Of a stretch of 51,791 nt of DNA, positions 20,674-30,486 are shown piece by piece. The stretch is taken from contig JASFEV010000002.1 of NCBI GenBank assembly GCA_050124655.1, forward strand, positions 1 to 51,791, read 5' to 3'. The position numbers and the translations under genes are program-made. The notes beneath the pieces were generated by a model. The model ran no database searches, had not been told where the DNA came from, and saw only the letters and a list, made by a program, of their open reading frames with translations. The stretch is from Desulfobacterales bacterium. GTDB taxonomy: Bacteria; Desulfobacterota; Desulfobacteria; Desulfobacterales; JAHEIW01. How positions within the stretch are numbered: the first letter of the stretch is position 1; the number at the start of each line of letters is the position of its first letter.

Positions 20674-23040
20674 CTATCCGGTCAGGGGCCAGAAAAAGGG
20701 TAAAATAAAAACGATGATCAGTAAAATAACCAGGGTCAGCAGGCCGCCGACCTTGATATAGTCCAGGAACCGATAACCCCCCGGTCCCATGACCAATATG
20801 TTGGCCGGATGTGATATCGGGGTCATAAAACTGGCCGAGGCCGCCATGGCCACCCCCATCAGCAGCGCCTGCGGTGAAAGCCCCACGTTGGCTGCGGTAT
20901 TTAACACGATGGGCGCCATCAGAACCACCAGGGCGGCGGTGGGCACAAAACAGGTGGCTGCAAAAGTCAGGGCCACCAAACCGAACATCACCGCCGTGGG
21001 CCCGTATGGCCCCACCAGCGCCACCACCCCCTCGGCAATCATCCGGGCGGCGCCGGTTTGATCCAGAGCCGTTCCCAGGGGCAGCATGCCGGCGATCAGA
21101 AAAACGGCCTTCCATTCAATTTGCCGGTAGGCTTCTTCCATGGTCAGACAGCCGCACAGAACCATCAAAGCGGCCCCCACCACCGCAGCAATGTAAATGG
21201 GCACCCAGCCCATGATGACCGGAAAAAGAACCGCCGCCATGATCATCAGAGAGATTTTCATCTTTTCCAGGTGCACCTCGCGTTGCGCCATTTCCGTTAA
21301 GACCACAAAATCCGGCTCACGGCCCAGCAGCTGGAGCTTTTCACGCGGTCCCAGCAGCAGGATGGCATCCCCAAAGCGCAGGTCCATGTCCCGCAAATCG
21401 GAGCGATAAGCCTTGCCGCCGCGCCAGATGGCCAGAACATTCAAACCGAATTTTTCACGAAAATTCAGCTGGCGCAGCGTTTTTCCCGCCAGGGTGGTCT
21501 GAGGCGAAAGGATGGCCTCCACCAGACCGACATTGCCGGTGACCAGCGATTGGATGTCCGGCCGCGTGCGCCGTTCAATTTGCAGATTTTCAAGATCAGC
21601 CAATTCTTTAAAATCCCGCAGGCGGCCTTCAACCGCCAGCCGATCTCCGGCCTGCAGGATTTCGGAGGGTTCGGGCATGACGATGGGATCGTTGCCGCGC
21701 ATGATTCCCAATACCCGGCTGCCGAGCGCATCTCCCAGTCGACTTTCTTTGAGCGATTTTCCGGCCAGCGGCGAGTCCGGCGGCACCTGCATGACCATCA
21801 GGCGTTCATGTAAATGATACACATCGATCAGTTCCTGCCGTGGAACAAAACGAAATTGCTCGAATCCGGTTTTTTCCTTGAGGGCCGCTAAGTGCTCCTC
21901 ATGGCCGGCCAGCAGCAGCCGATCCTGGGGCTGCAAGGGTTCATCCGACAGATGGGTGCGTTTGGTGCTGCCGTTGCGCTGGATGGCCAGCACATTGGCG
22001 CCGAATTGATTACGAAAACCAATGACATTTAACGTTTTGCCAATATAGGGGGAGGCGGGTGGCAGGCGCACTTCGCCGATTTTAATCTCATCTGAATAGG
22101 GTGCGGTGATATCGATTTTTTTATCTTCCACAATCAGCTGCTGCCAGTTTTTCATTTCGTCTAAATTTTCGATGCGGCCCTCAACGGTCAATAGATCATC
22201 GGCCTGTAACCGATCAGAAGGTCCGGGCGCTAAAATGGTGCTTTCATGGCGGGTAATACCGATCACATTCCAGCCCAGGACCGATCCCATGCGGCTGTCC
22301 GCCAGGGTTTTGTTGATGAGGTTCGAAGCCGCCGGGATACGAACCTTAAACAACTGCTCGCCCTGATCATCCTGGGACGCCCAGTCAACGCCTTTGGCAC
22401 GCGATGATTCTTTGGCCACATCGCGTTGCGGCAGCAGGTATCGGCCGATAAAGGTCATGACAGCGATGCCGCCCAACATGATGACCAGACCGATGGGTGT
22501 AAAATCAAAAAAGGAATAGGATGGGAGTCCGGCATCGCGCAGGGCATTGGTGACCAGAATGTTGGGCGGGGTGCCGATCTGGGTGGTCAGGCCGCCCAGC
22601 AGCGAACCGTATGCCAGGGGCATCAACAGCCGGGAGGGCGGACTGCCGGTGTGGCGGGCTATGTCCATGACCACCGGCAACATCAGGGCGGCCACTGCTA
22701 CGTTGTTCATAATGGCCGACATCACCCCGGCGGTGATCATGATGACGATGACCATGAACGTTTGGCTGTCACCGGCCAGGCGCAGCACAAAACGACCGAT
22801 AACATTGGCAACCCCGGTGCGGGTCAAACCGCCGCTTAGGATAAACACCGCCCACACCGTAATCACAGCCGGGTTGCTGAATCCGGCCAGCGCTTCAACC
22901 GGGCTGACCAGACCCGTTAAGGCCACAGCGCCCAGTGCCAGCAGGGCGGTGACCTCCATCGGGATCCATTCGCTGATCAAAAACACGATCGCGACTGCTA
23001 AAATCGACAATACCAGGATAATATCCGGTGTCACGCTCAT
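20674..23040 (-). CDS. SLC13/DASS-type anion permease with four central TrkA-C (RCK_C) domains
   Basis: 788 aa. Hydrophobic N- and C-terminal halves flank four repeats of the pattern (V/I)xxPxxSxxxGKTLxxxxxxxxxGxxVLxIxR...LxxGDxLxxxG. Confidence 0.85.
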   Translation of the reverse strand: MSVTPDIILVLSILAVAIVFLISEWIPMEVTALLALGAVALTGLVSPVEALAGFSNPAVITVWAVFILSGGLTRTGVANVIGRFVLRLAGDSQTFMVIVIMITAGVMSAIMNNVAVAALMLPVVMDIARHTGSPPSRLLMPLAYGSLLGGLTTQIGTPPNILVTNALRDAGLPSYSFFDFTPIGLVIMLGGIAVMTFIGRYLLPQRDVAKESSRAKGVDWASQDDQGEQLFKVRIPAASNLINKTLADSRMGSVLGWNVIGITRHESTILAPGPSDRLQADDLLTVEGRIENLDEMKNWQQLIVEDKKIDITAPYSDEIKIGEVRLPPASPYIGKTLNVIGFRNQFGANVLAIQRNGSTKRTHLSDEPLQPQDRLLLAGHEEHLAALKEKTGFEQFRFVPRQELIDVYHLHERLMVMQVPPDSPLAGKSLKESRLGDALGSRVLGIMRGNDPIVMPEPSEILQAGDRLAVEGRLRDFKELADLENLQIERRTRPDIQSLVTGNVGLVEAILSPQTTLAGKTLRQLNFREKFGLNVLAIWRGGKAYRSDLRDMDLRFGDAILLLGPREKLQLLGREPDFVVLTEMAQREVHLEKMKISLMIMAAVLFPVIMGWVPIYIAAVVGAALMVLCGCLTMEEAYRQIEWKAVFLIAGMLPLGTALDQTGAARMIAEGVVALVGPYGPTAVMFGLVALTFAATCFVPTAALVVLMAPIVLNTAANVGLSPQALLMGVAMAASASFMTPISHPANILVMGPGGYRFLDYIKVGGLLTLVILLIIVFILPFFWPLTG

Positions 23041-23549
23041 AATCCTTTCAACTTAGATTGCACACATCGGGGGGTGCAGCCTGCACCCGAAGATTCGCCT
23101 GATTGATCAGTGAAAACCTTAAGCATCAATGTTGTCTCAGGCAAGCCTTTGCGCTGCAACAGGGTCATTGGCGATCAATACCCGACAGCCAGCGAATCGC
23201 TGTCCGGCGCTACATAAAAATCTTCTTTGGCGCTTCACATTGATGGATTTTGTTGCGCCAAAATCCTGACGTGGGGGATCGGAAGAAGGGTCTAGAATTT
23301 GACAGATTTTTCAATGCTTATCCAAAACGATCACACAGCATCGAAAATAGGGGGTGGAAATCGTTTTCTCATAAACGGAATAAATTTGCCCTCGATTGAG
23401 TGCTCAAACATCAAATCATGTATGACAGACAACCTTATGAAGACATAAGACCATATCATGATTAGCAAATACCTTACATAGCAAAAGCAGCTTCATTAGA
23501 AAGCGCACAAATGGTTACGCTCGGTCTGACCGCTAATTTGCAAAATGAA

Positions 23550-23565
23550 TGGCATATGATTTGCA
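23550..23565 (+). promoter_or_regulatory. Candidate sigma-54 promoter
   Basis: TGGCAT-ATGAT-TTGCA has one mismatch to TGGCAC-N5-TTGCW. It lies about 165 nt upstream of the ATG at 23729. Confidence 0.45.
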
Positions 23566-23728
23566 GCTTTAAATTCGTGCTTATCATATACCCCTAATAT
23601 TTTGGCTGGACTAAAACCGTTATCGCTCAAACATACCGCTGGACGGAATGCCATTATTCATTTGGCTAAAGGGTATAACCCATTTGGCCGATATATAAAC
23701 TGGTGTGGAAGTTTTAGGAGATAGGCCG

Positions 23729-24067
23729 ATGTTTGCTGAAATCATAAATGGAATTGGCAGTGTGTGCATAGCCCTGCTGGTGGGAATGGGACTGGCGGCC
23801 CTTTACAAGTTAAATGCCAGACAAATACAGAAGCATCAAAATTCAATGGAATTTTATCTGTATAAGATATCGCGCGTGACCGGACACAGCGAATATGATG
23901 TCTTCTGTAAATCAGCTGAGGACTGGCCGGTGGCCACCATTTCCAAAGATAAAATCGAGGCGGATTTTAAACAATATTTGAACCACTCGGTGGTTCCGCC
24001 GTATGTCCACCATTTTGTCAGGGAAAACAAGCACCATATTGACGAGCTGCACCTGCCGCGTTTCTAA
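23729..24067 (+). CDS. Small membrane protein of unknown function
   Basis: ATG at 23729 is preceded by AGGAGA. There is one N-terminal TM segment (MFAEIINGIGSVCIALLVGMGLAALY). 112 aa. Confidence 0.5.
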   Translation: MFAEIINGIGSVCIALLVGMGLAALYKLNARQIQKHQNSMEFYLYKISRVTGHSEYDVFCKSAEDWPVATISKDKIEADFKQYLNHSVVPPYVHHFVRENKHHIDELHLPRF

Positions 24068-24082
24068 GCTGCTGATGGGTTG

Positions 24083-24102
24083 AAAAAACCGGCTGCAAGC
24101 CG
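24083..24102 (-). terminator. Weak intrinsic terminator candidate downstream of the alpha-2-macroglobulin gene
   Basis: The reverse strand reads CGGCT-TGC-AGCCG followed by GTTTTTTC. The stem is only 5 bp. Confidence 0.35.
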
Positions 24103-24228
24103 AAGAGGTGACCTACATTCCGCTGAATCTTTGTTGCCGCCAACCCGTTGAAATCCTCCCCTGATGACTTCATTAAAACCGTTTACCATGGCCTTTATTT
24201 CCATCCGCCCCGCTCAGCCGGACGAACC

Positions 24229-27200
24229 TTACTCATCGCGGATCAACAGTTTAATTTCATCAGAATTGGCTTTCAGCTCTGGTGCATACATGGCGTAGGC
24301 TCTGGTGGGCAATGCGCTGAATTTTCCCGGGATCTCCGCCCGCAGGCGATAGCTGACACTGTGTTTGCCGCGTGCCAGGCGACGCACAAAGAAAGCGACC
24401 TTCTGATCCCGAAATTCAACATAGGCCCCCATGTCATTGCCGGTGTAGCCACTGCGCACCTCAATCGGCTCAAAGCCGGCAGCCTTCATGTCCTCAAAGA
24501 CCAGATATTCATAATCGTTTTTGCTATCGATGATCAACTCAACTTCTACCAGCTCACCGCTGTTTACAGTCGCCTGGTTTTGAAGTGGCTGGCGCTCATA
24601 TTTTTCCACCCGGCGGTCGACCACCTGCCCACGCGAACCGGCATCTTTCATTTTCGTGTCGATTTCTGTTATGCGGAATAAACGCCGCTGGACCTTGATC
24701 TCCAAACCTTCTTTGGTGATAAAATCTTCCAGTGAAAAATAATCCAGATAGGCGTTAAAATAAATCCGACCCCGACCGGATTTTTTAAGCGTCACCGAAT
24801 GGGCGCCGCCCGCAATCTGCTTGCCCTCCAGCACCCATTTATGGTCGAAGGTAAACAGGTTTTGGGCATTCATCCGAATGGTTTTCACCTTTTGGTCATT
24901 AAAAAAGACGTCCAGGGTGAGATCCGGTGCGGCTTCACCACTGGCTGCCAGATAATCGGCAAAGGCTTCCACGATCACCGCCGTATCCCGGGTGCTGTTC
25001 CAGTAGGTGGCATGCTTGCGATTGTTGAGCAGATATTTGATCAGACCGGGCGCTTTTTCACTGGCCGGATCAGTGCGCGTCAATAACTTAAGGTAATAGG
25101 CGTGTGCTTCGTACTCGGAGCCGTACCAGTACCACCAATAATCGTTGTTGGGCAGATTCAGGTGGGCGGTCTGGTTTTCATCATCGACCACCAGAAATTG
25201 TTCAATATTTTGAATGATCATGGCCAGTTTTTCATTGTCCTCAACGTTGACCAGTGCCAGGCCGAACATCGCCTTGGCATAAACCGCTAGCCGGTTGCGA
25301 TCACGGTACAAATAGGCGCGCATCTTTTCGTTTTCCAACCCTTCATCGGTCAGTACCATATACACAAAGGCATCCAGATTGTCGGCCTGGCCTTTACCCT
25401 TCTTTTGGGTGCGGTCCCAGAGCATCAGGCGGTCAATTTCTTTGGCCTGATATTCTCTGAGCCACTGTACACCCCTGGCGAGCACGTCGCCGGGAATGGT
25501 GACGCCATTTTCGCGGGCAATCTGCAGCCCATGGATAACCAGAGCGGTGGTGTGTGGATAGGACTGCTCGCCATAGCCACTAAACCAGCCCCAGCCGCCG
25601 TCGGACAGCTGCATGGCAACCAGCCGCCGGACGCCGGCAGCCACCATGGATGCCACTTCGTCTTCGTCAAACACCGGGTTGTGGTCATAGCGTCGCCACT
25701 GGGCCGCACGTCGGGCGTCATCACCGATTTCCTGGGCGTTTAAATGGGTGCGTTTGTTTTGTACGTCAGCCAGATCGATACCCATGCGTTTTAAGGTTTG
25801 CTGGGTGATCACAGTGGGCAAAAATCGGTTTAAGGTCTGTTCGGTGCAGCCATATGGATAGCTGACCAGGTACGGCAGGGCATCCACCATGGCGCCGGCC
25901 AATGTCGGTGAATAGCGCAGCTCCAGGCGGGATTGGTCCACCCGCCGATCAGCGGGCACCTGAAACTGGATCTGGGCTCGGGTCTGGTCGGTGTGCATGA
26001 CACCGCTTTTGGGCACCTGTTTGACCATGCCGTGCACGTAAACCGGAAAGCGCATTTGCACAGCGTCGGACTCCTCATCGGTCAGCGCCTGTATGCGCAC
26101 CACAGCCTCGCCTTCTTTGATGACGCTAACGCGCCAGTCCACCCGGGTTTCACCGTTGGCGTCAACGGAGACCGATCGGGTTTGTTGTTGGCCTTTAACC
26201 AGGACCAGGCTGCCGCCCTCCAGTTCCAGTGAGACTTTAGCGACCTTGCTGTCCTTTAAATAATTATGAACGTTGGCCGACAGCACCACCTCATCGGTTT
26301 CCACAAAAAATCGAGGGGCCTGCAGGCGCACAATCAAATCCTTGCGCGTCACCAGTTCAGCTTGTCCCTGGCCGACTTTGGTGCCGTGCCCCATGGCCCA
26401 GATTTTCGCCTGCCATCCGGTCAGGTTTTCAGGCATTGTAAAGCGGACTTCCGCCATTCCCCGGGCGTCGGTGGTAATGTTGCCTGACCAGAAGGCGGTA
26501 TCGGCAAATTGGGTGCGCACCGTGGGTTGCTCAAGATCCCCGGCAGCCGGTGCTTCTTTGTCGGCCAACCGGCCGGGTTCGTCTGCTTTTCGCTCAAGCA
26601 TGGCGTCGGCCTCACCGGCCGCGGACGGCGCAGGCGCCCCCATTGCGCCGCTCTGGGCAGCGACCTTTGAGCGGGCCTTCTTATGCCCAGCCCGCGATTC
26701 TTTTGCGGCCGGCTCGGCCATGATAAGATTGCCAAAGACCCCGATAGGTTTCATGGAGGGTTCATTTTTTTTGAGCAGATTGGCGAACCACCGCGCCAGA
26801 CTGGACTCCTGGTAAGATCGATGGTGCCGCCGCCATTTCCAGAAGAATGAGCGAATTTCCGGCACATTGGAGCCACCGGAGATATATTCCACGGCGCGGT
26901 CATAAACGCTGATGACGGCCGTGCCCTGAAAGGGCTCACCATCATAATCGGTTAACTGAACATTGAGCGTGGCCGTTTGGCCGGGCCGATAGTCTTTTTG
27001 GGCAGGTACAACGGTTACATTGAGCACCCGTTTTTCAGGCGGCACTGCGATTTCACGGACCTCCGTGTGCACTTTGCCGCCGTAGACCGTGAAAGCTTCC
27101 ACAAAGAAGTTGGGCATGTCGTTTTTTGAAATGCGAATCGTCTGCTGGACGCTTTTGCCGGCCGGGGTAATGACCTTGGGCGCCAAATAGATGCCGTTGA

Positions 27201-30200
27201 CCGGGCGCACAAACAATACCACGGTGGCCCCCGGGCGATCGGTGTTGATTTGCAGCTGTAACCTGTCTCCGGGCGCATATTCGGCTTTATCGGCGATCAG
27301 TTCGATCTTGGCAAAGCGGTAACCGGTACCGTCATCTCCCTCGCCGCGCACGGTAAAGATATAGCCGCCTTCAATGGAATGGCCTTTGGCATCGCTAACG
27401 GTATAGGACAACCGGTATTGGCCGGAACGGGACGCCTGAATCTGCAAAGCGGCATTGCCCTGGTCGTCCGTGTTCAGGGCCCAGCGGGCCACTTCGGTCT
27501 CCCGGGGCTGGTTGTCTTGATAGGTAATGCGCAGCAGTTTGAGCCGGCCCTGGCCGGCAACCGGATCATTGTCGAGGGTTTGGGCTTTAAAACGGGCCAG
27601 GATGGTGTCGCCGACGCGGTAATGGCCGCGATCCAGCCAGGTATATACCTTGAAGGGTTTGCGGGCCACCAGTACTTGACCTTGACCGATAATGGTCCGC
27701 CGGGACTGATCCCGCACCTCGGCTTTGATGGTATAGCGGTGGTCGCTGTCGCCGTGAATCAATTTGGCCAGTGTGGTATCGATGGGGATCTTAACGCTGC
27801 CGTCGGGGCCGATGTCAACTTCACCGTCGGCTACGATTTCCGGCGGTTGTTGTGGCCATTGTGGCCACCAGCGCCGGATGGGTCTAAGGCAGCCCCAGTC
27901 TTGCCAGCCCGGGTACCAGGCATAATCATAGACATACCACCAATAACCCGGTCCATAAAGCCAGTCCCAGTAAAATTGGGGATACCAGCGGCTGTCGTGT
28001 TCGCTGCGCAGTATCTTGTATTTGACACGGGCTTCAGTGACCGGGGAGCCGAAGTAATAGGCGGCTTTAATCGTAGCGGTGATCTTTTCGCCCAGCATGA
28101 CCGGCTCGGTGGGGGCTTCCACGCCGACCTCAAATTCGGGTTTTTTGTATTCTTCCACTCGAAAGGTCTGGCCGCCATATACGCTGCTGCGGTTATGGGA
28201 GATGCGATATACACCCAAGGGCGCCTCTGCCGGGATTTGAAATTCGCCCTCAATACCGCCATAGGCATCGGCCGTCAGGCGTTGAGAATACATTTGCTCG
28301 TTTTTGGGATTGTGAATGCGAAAATTAAACTGCTGGCCGGCAAAGGCAGACGTGTCGTCTTTATCATAGCGGGTGTGCCGCACCCAGGCCTTGAATTTAA
28401 CCGTCTGGGCCGGCCGATACACCGGCCGGTCGGTCATGATCAGGGTTTTGGTCTGGCTGTATTCGCTGTCATCATAATTCGGATACCAGACATTGGAAAA
28501 ACCTAAAAAAGCCAGACGTCCTTCCCGAGCGGATGCGGTCGCCAGCCAGGACATATTTGAAGGCATTTGGGCCGGCGCTACGATCACCAGGCCGTTTGGG
28601 TCGGTTTTTGTGTTTAATTCCCGGTGAACGATGCGATAGCGATTGGTGTCTTTGATAGGGCGGGTGCGGTAGCCGAAAAATTCAAGATCGACACCGGGCA
28701 AGGCCTGGCCGCTGACCGCATCGGCGACATAGTAGAGCATTTGCTGTTTGAGCGGCTTTTTAACGATGACCGTGTCGGCCACCCAGATAATGATGCGGGC
28801 GATGTTGCCGTCTTGCATGCGGGCAGTGACGAAATACGCCCCAGCGGCTTTGAGGGCATCGGGAAATTGAACGCTTACGTGGCGGTCCCAGTGTCGCTCG
28901 TCAGGGTCCAGATTCAGCTGCCAATTGGCCACTTGCTGGCCGACGTACCGGCTCTGGTTTTGATTGACAATGCGCCAGCCGATATTGTTGAGGTTGATGC
29001 GATGCCAGTCCAACCGCCGGTTTTCAGAGCGGATATAGTCCTTTACATCGTCAAGCAGCCGCTTGACCCGGATACGCCGGGCGCTAAACATCACCTTGCG
29101 GCCATTGCGATAGCGATACTCCACCTGGGGCGTTGTATCGGCCGGCTGAATCCCGGCGGGTTCAAACGCGCCCCAGTTTTTGGTGATTTGATCCATATGC
29201 TGCTGGGCGACGGAGCGATTATACGGTTTATACAGCTGCCAATAATGGAGGGCACGATCGTATTGCCGCCGGTTTTCGTAAATCTGCGCCAGTGAGCGGG
29301 CGGCATTTCCGGCGTGACTGCTGTTAGGGGTTTCAAGGATTTTTTTAAAAACTTCGATGAAACTAAATTCAGCGGGTAGATCAAAACGCCGGACCCCCAC
29401 CGCCAGGCGGGCGATGGTTTCCCGATCGGTTAAGGTATGCACCGCATAGACCCCGCTGTCATCTTTTTGGTCCGTTTCTTTATCCATGGGGCGCCCGCGG
29501 CCGAAGAGCATACCGTATTCCGCCAGCGTTTGAACGCCGAATTTCTGATGTAAAAAGGTGGCCCAGGTGTAATCGACGCCGGCCTCCAGCGTCGGATCAA
29601 GTGCTACGGCCCTGGCCAGCAGCCAGCGCCAGCGCTCACCGTCGGAGACCGCAGTCGTATAGTCTTCCGGAATTTGATGATATACCGGCCGGCCCTGCGC
29701 ATCCACCGGGGCATAACGGGTGCGGCTGCCATAGGGATGGCCGTATCCAGGCTCAACATCCGGCAAGCGGGTAAGATCGGTCAGATATTGCAGGCGCCAG
29801 GCCTGGGCGGTTCCGCGATGTTGCTGCAGGATTCCGGCAAACGCCATGTAAAACTGGGCCACTTCGGCTTTTTGCGGATCCGATTCGGCCGGCGCCATAG
29901 CCTGTTGCAGCAGTTGCAACGCGCGCACGCGATCGCGGGCCAGAGCGTTGACATATTTTCCGCCCCCCCGATGATGGCCGCGTTGAAATTCACCGGCGAT
30001 CATATAGCCCCAATGGGTGTTTTGGCTGTAACTGCGGGCCGCAGCCAGCAGCAATCGCCAGTTGGCTGCATGTTGTTCAATGACCGCCTCACGGAAATCA
30101 TCCAGCTGATGCAACTGGTTAAGCTGGCGCAGGCACTGCCAGGCCTGGGTAAAATCCGAGGGAACCATTTTCGGATCCGTTCTGGGATTCAGACTCAGTT

Positions 30201-30357
30201 GGCGATATAGATCAAAGGCATCCTGCCAGTTGCCATCGGTGTAGGCCTTTTGGGCCTGTTTGCGAATTTGATGATGGGCTGCGTCTTCAGCCCCGGCAGG
30301 TGCGGCTATGAATAACACCGTCGTTATGAAAAGAAGGATAATTTTTGTTTTCATCAT
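24229..30357 (-). CDS. Bacterial alpha-2-macroglobulin family protein (thioester-containing), 2042 aa
   Basis: Signal peptide MMKTKIILLFITTVLFIAAPAGA. Thioester motif GCTEQ, with CTEQ codons at 25837-25848 (about residue 1504), in the context YLVSYPYGCTEQTLNRF. Ala/Glu/Lys-rich low-complexity segment (AAKESRAGHKKARSKVAAQSGAMGAPAPSAAGEADAMLERKADEPGRLADKEAPAAGD) in a bait-region-like position. GGAGA ribosome-binding site before the ATG at 30357. Confidence 0.9.
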   Translation of the reverse strand: MMKTKIILLFITTVLFIAAPAGAEDAAHHQIRKQAQKAYTDGNWQDAFDLYRQLSLNPRTDPKMVPSDFTQAWQCLRQLNQLHQLDDFREAVIEQHAANWRLLLAAARSYSQNTHWGYMIAGEFQRGHHRGGGKYVNALARDRVRALQLLQQAMAPAESDPQKAEVAQFYMAFAGILQQHRGTAQAWRLQYLTDLTRLPDVEPGYGHPYGSRTRYAPVDAQGRPVYHQIPEDYTTAVSDGERWRWLLARAVALDPTLEAGVDYTWATFLHQKFGVQTLAEYGMLFGRGRPMDKETDQKDDSGVYAVHTLTDRETIARLAVGVRRFDLPAEFSFIEVFKKILETPNSSHAGNAARSLAQIYENRRQYDRALHYWQLYKPYNRSVAQQHMDQITKNWGAFEPAGIQPADTTPQVEYRYRNGRKVMFSARRIRVKRLLDDVKDYIRSENRRLDWHRINLNNIGWRIVNQNQSRYVGQQVANWQLNLDPDERHWDRHVSVQFPDALKAAGAYFVTARMQDGNIARIIIWVADTVIVKKPLKQQMLYYVADAVSGQALPGVDLEFFGYRTRPIKDTNRYRIVHRELNTKTDPNGLVIVAPAQMPSNMSWLATASAREGRLAFLGFSNVWYPNYDDSEYSQTKTLIMTDRPVYRPAQTVKFKAWVRHTRYDKDDTSAFAGQQFNFRIHNPKNEQMYSQRLTADAYGGIEGEFQIPAEAPLGVYRISHNRSSVYGGQTFRVEEYKKPEFEVGVEAPTEPVMLGEKITATIKAAYYFGSPVTEARVKYKILRSEHDSRWYPQFYWDWLYGPGYWWYVYDYAWYPGWQDWGCLRPIRRWWPQWPQQPPEIVADGEVDIGPDGSVKIPIDTTLAKLIHGDSDHRYTIKAEVRDQSRRTIIGQGQVLVARKPFKVYTWLDRGHYRVGDTILARFKAQTLDNDPVAGQGRLKLLRITYQDNQPRETEVARWALNTDDQGNAALQIQASRSGQYRLSYTVSDAKGHSIEGGYIFTVRGEGDDGTGYRFAKIELIADKAEYAPGDRLQLQINTDRPGATVVLFVRPVNGIYLAPKVITPAGKSVQQTIRISKNDMPNFFVEAFTVYGGKVHTEVREIAVPPEKRVLNVTVVPAQKDYRPGQTATLNVQLTDYDGEPFQGTAVISVYDRAVEYISGGSNVPEIRSFFWKWRRHHRSYQESSLARWFANLLKKNEPSMKPIGVFGNLIMAEPAAKESRAGHKKARSKVAAQSGAMGAPAPSAAGEADAMLERKADEPGRLADKEAPAAGDLEQPTVRTQFADTAFWSGNITTDARGMAEVRFTMPENLTGWQAKIWAMGHGTKVGQGQAELVTRKDLIVRLQAPRFFVETDEVVLSANVHNYLKDSKVAKVSLELEGGSLVLVKGQQQTRSVSVDANGETRVDWRVSVIKEGEAVVRIQALTDEESDAVQMRFPVYVHGMVKQVPKSGVMHTDQTRAQIQFQVPADRRVDQSRLELRYSPTLAGAMVDALPYLVSYPYGCTEQTLNRFLPTVITQQTLKRMGIDLADVQNKRTHLNAQEIGDDARRAAQWRRYDHNPVFDEDEVASMVAAGVRRLVAMQLSDGGWGWFSGYGEQSYPHTTALVIHGLQIARENGVTIPGDVLARGVQWLREYQAKEIDRLMLWDRTQKKGKGQADNLDAFVYMVLTDEGLENEKMRAYLYRDRNRLAVYAKAMFGLALVNVEDNEKLAMIIQNIEQFLVVDDENQTAHLNLPNNDYWWYWYGSEYEAHAYYLKLLTRTDPASEKAPGLIKYLLNNRKHATYWNSTRDTAVIVEAFADYLAASGEAAPDLTLDVFFNDQKVKTIRMNAQNLFTFDHKWVLEGKQIAGGAHSVTLKKSGRGRIYFNAYLDYFSLEDFITKEGLEIKVQRRLFRITEIDTKMKDAGSRGQVVDRRVEKYERQPLQNQATVNSGELVEVELIIDSKNDYEYLVFEDMKAAGFEPIEVRSGYTGNDMGAYVEFRDQKVAFFVRRLARGKHSVSYRLRAEIPGKFSALPTRAYAMYAPELKANSDEIKLLIRDE

Positions 30358-30414
30358 TGGTGTCTCCGGCTGCAGCGGTGATCGATTAGAGTCGATTCTT
30401 ACTCGGATGGTAAA

Positions 30415-30443
30415 ATTCTACAAACACTAAACCTGACAGTCAA
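30415..30443 (-). promoter_or_regulatory. Sigma-70-type promoter candidate for the alpha-2-macroglobulin gene
   Basis: The reverse strand reads TTGACT (30443-30438), a 17-nt spacer, then TAGAAT (30420-15), about 55 nt upstream of the start codon. Confidence 0.55.
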
Positions 30444-30486
30444 TATGGGTGGGGTACCTTTTACACAACTTTTACCTAAACTGATC

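Noticed and set aside
20669-23056. Antisense and alternative-frame ORFs within the SLC13 permease gene (for example 148 aa, 137 aa, 169 aa)
   Set aside because: Same reasoning: Arg/Gly/Pro-rich shadow ORFs of a well-supported membrane protein gene.
26273-30210. Long plus-strand ORFs inside the alpha-2-macroglobulin gene (375 aa at 27379-28506, 223 aa at 28624-29295, 180 aa at 26273-26815, 178 aa at 29674-30210)
   Set aside because: They are antisense to a 2042-aa gene with strong family motifs. They are Gly/Ala/Pro/Arg-rich, as expected for the reverse frame of a GC-rich coding region. They have no ribosome-binding sites or recognisable domains.
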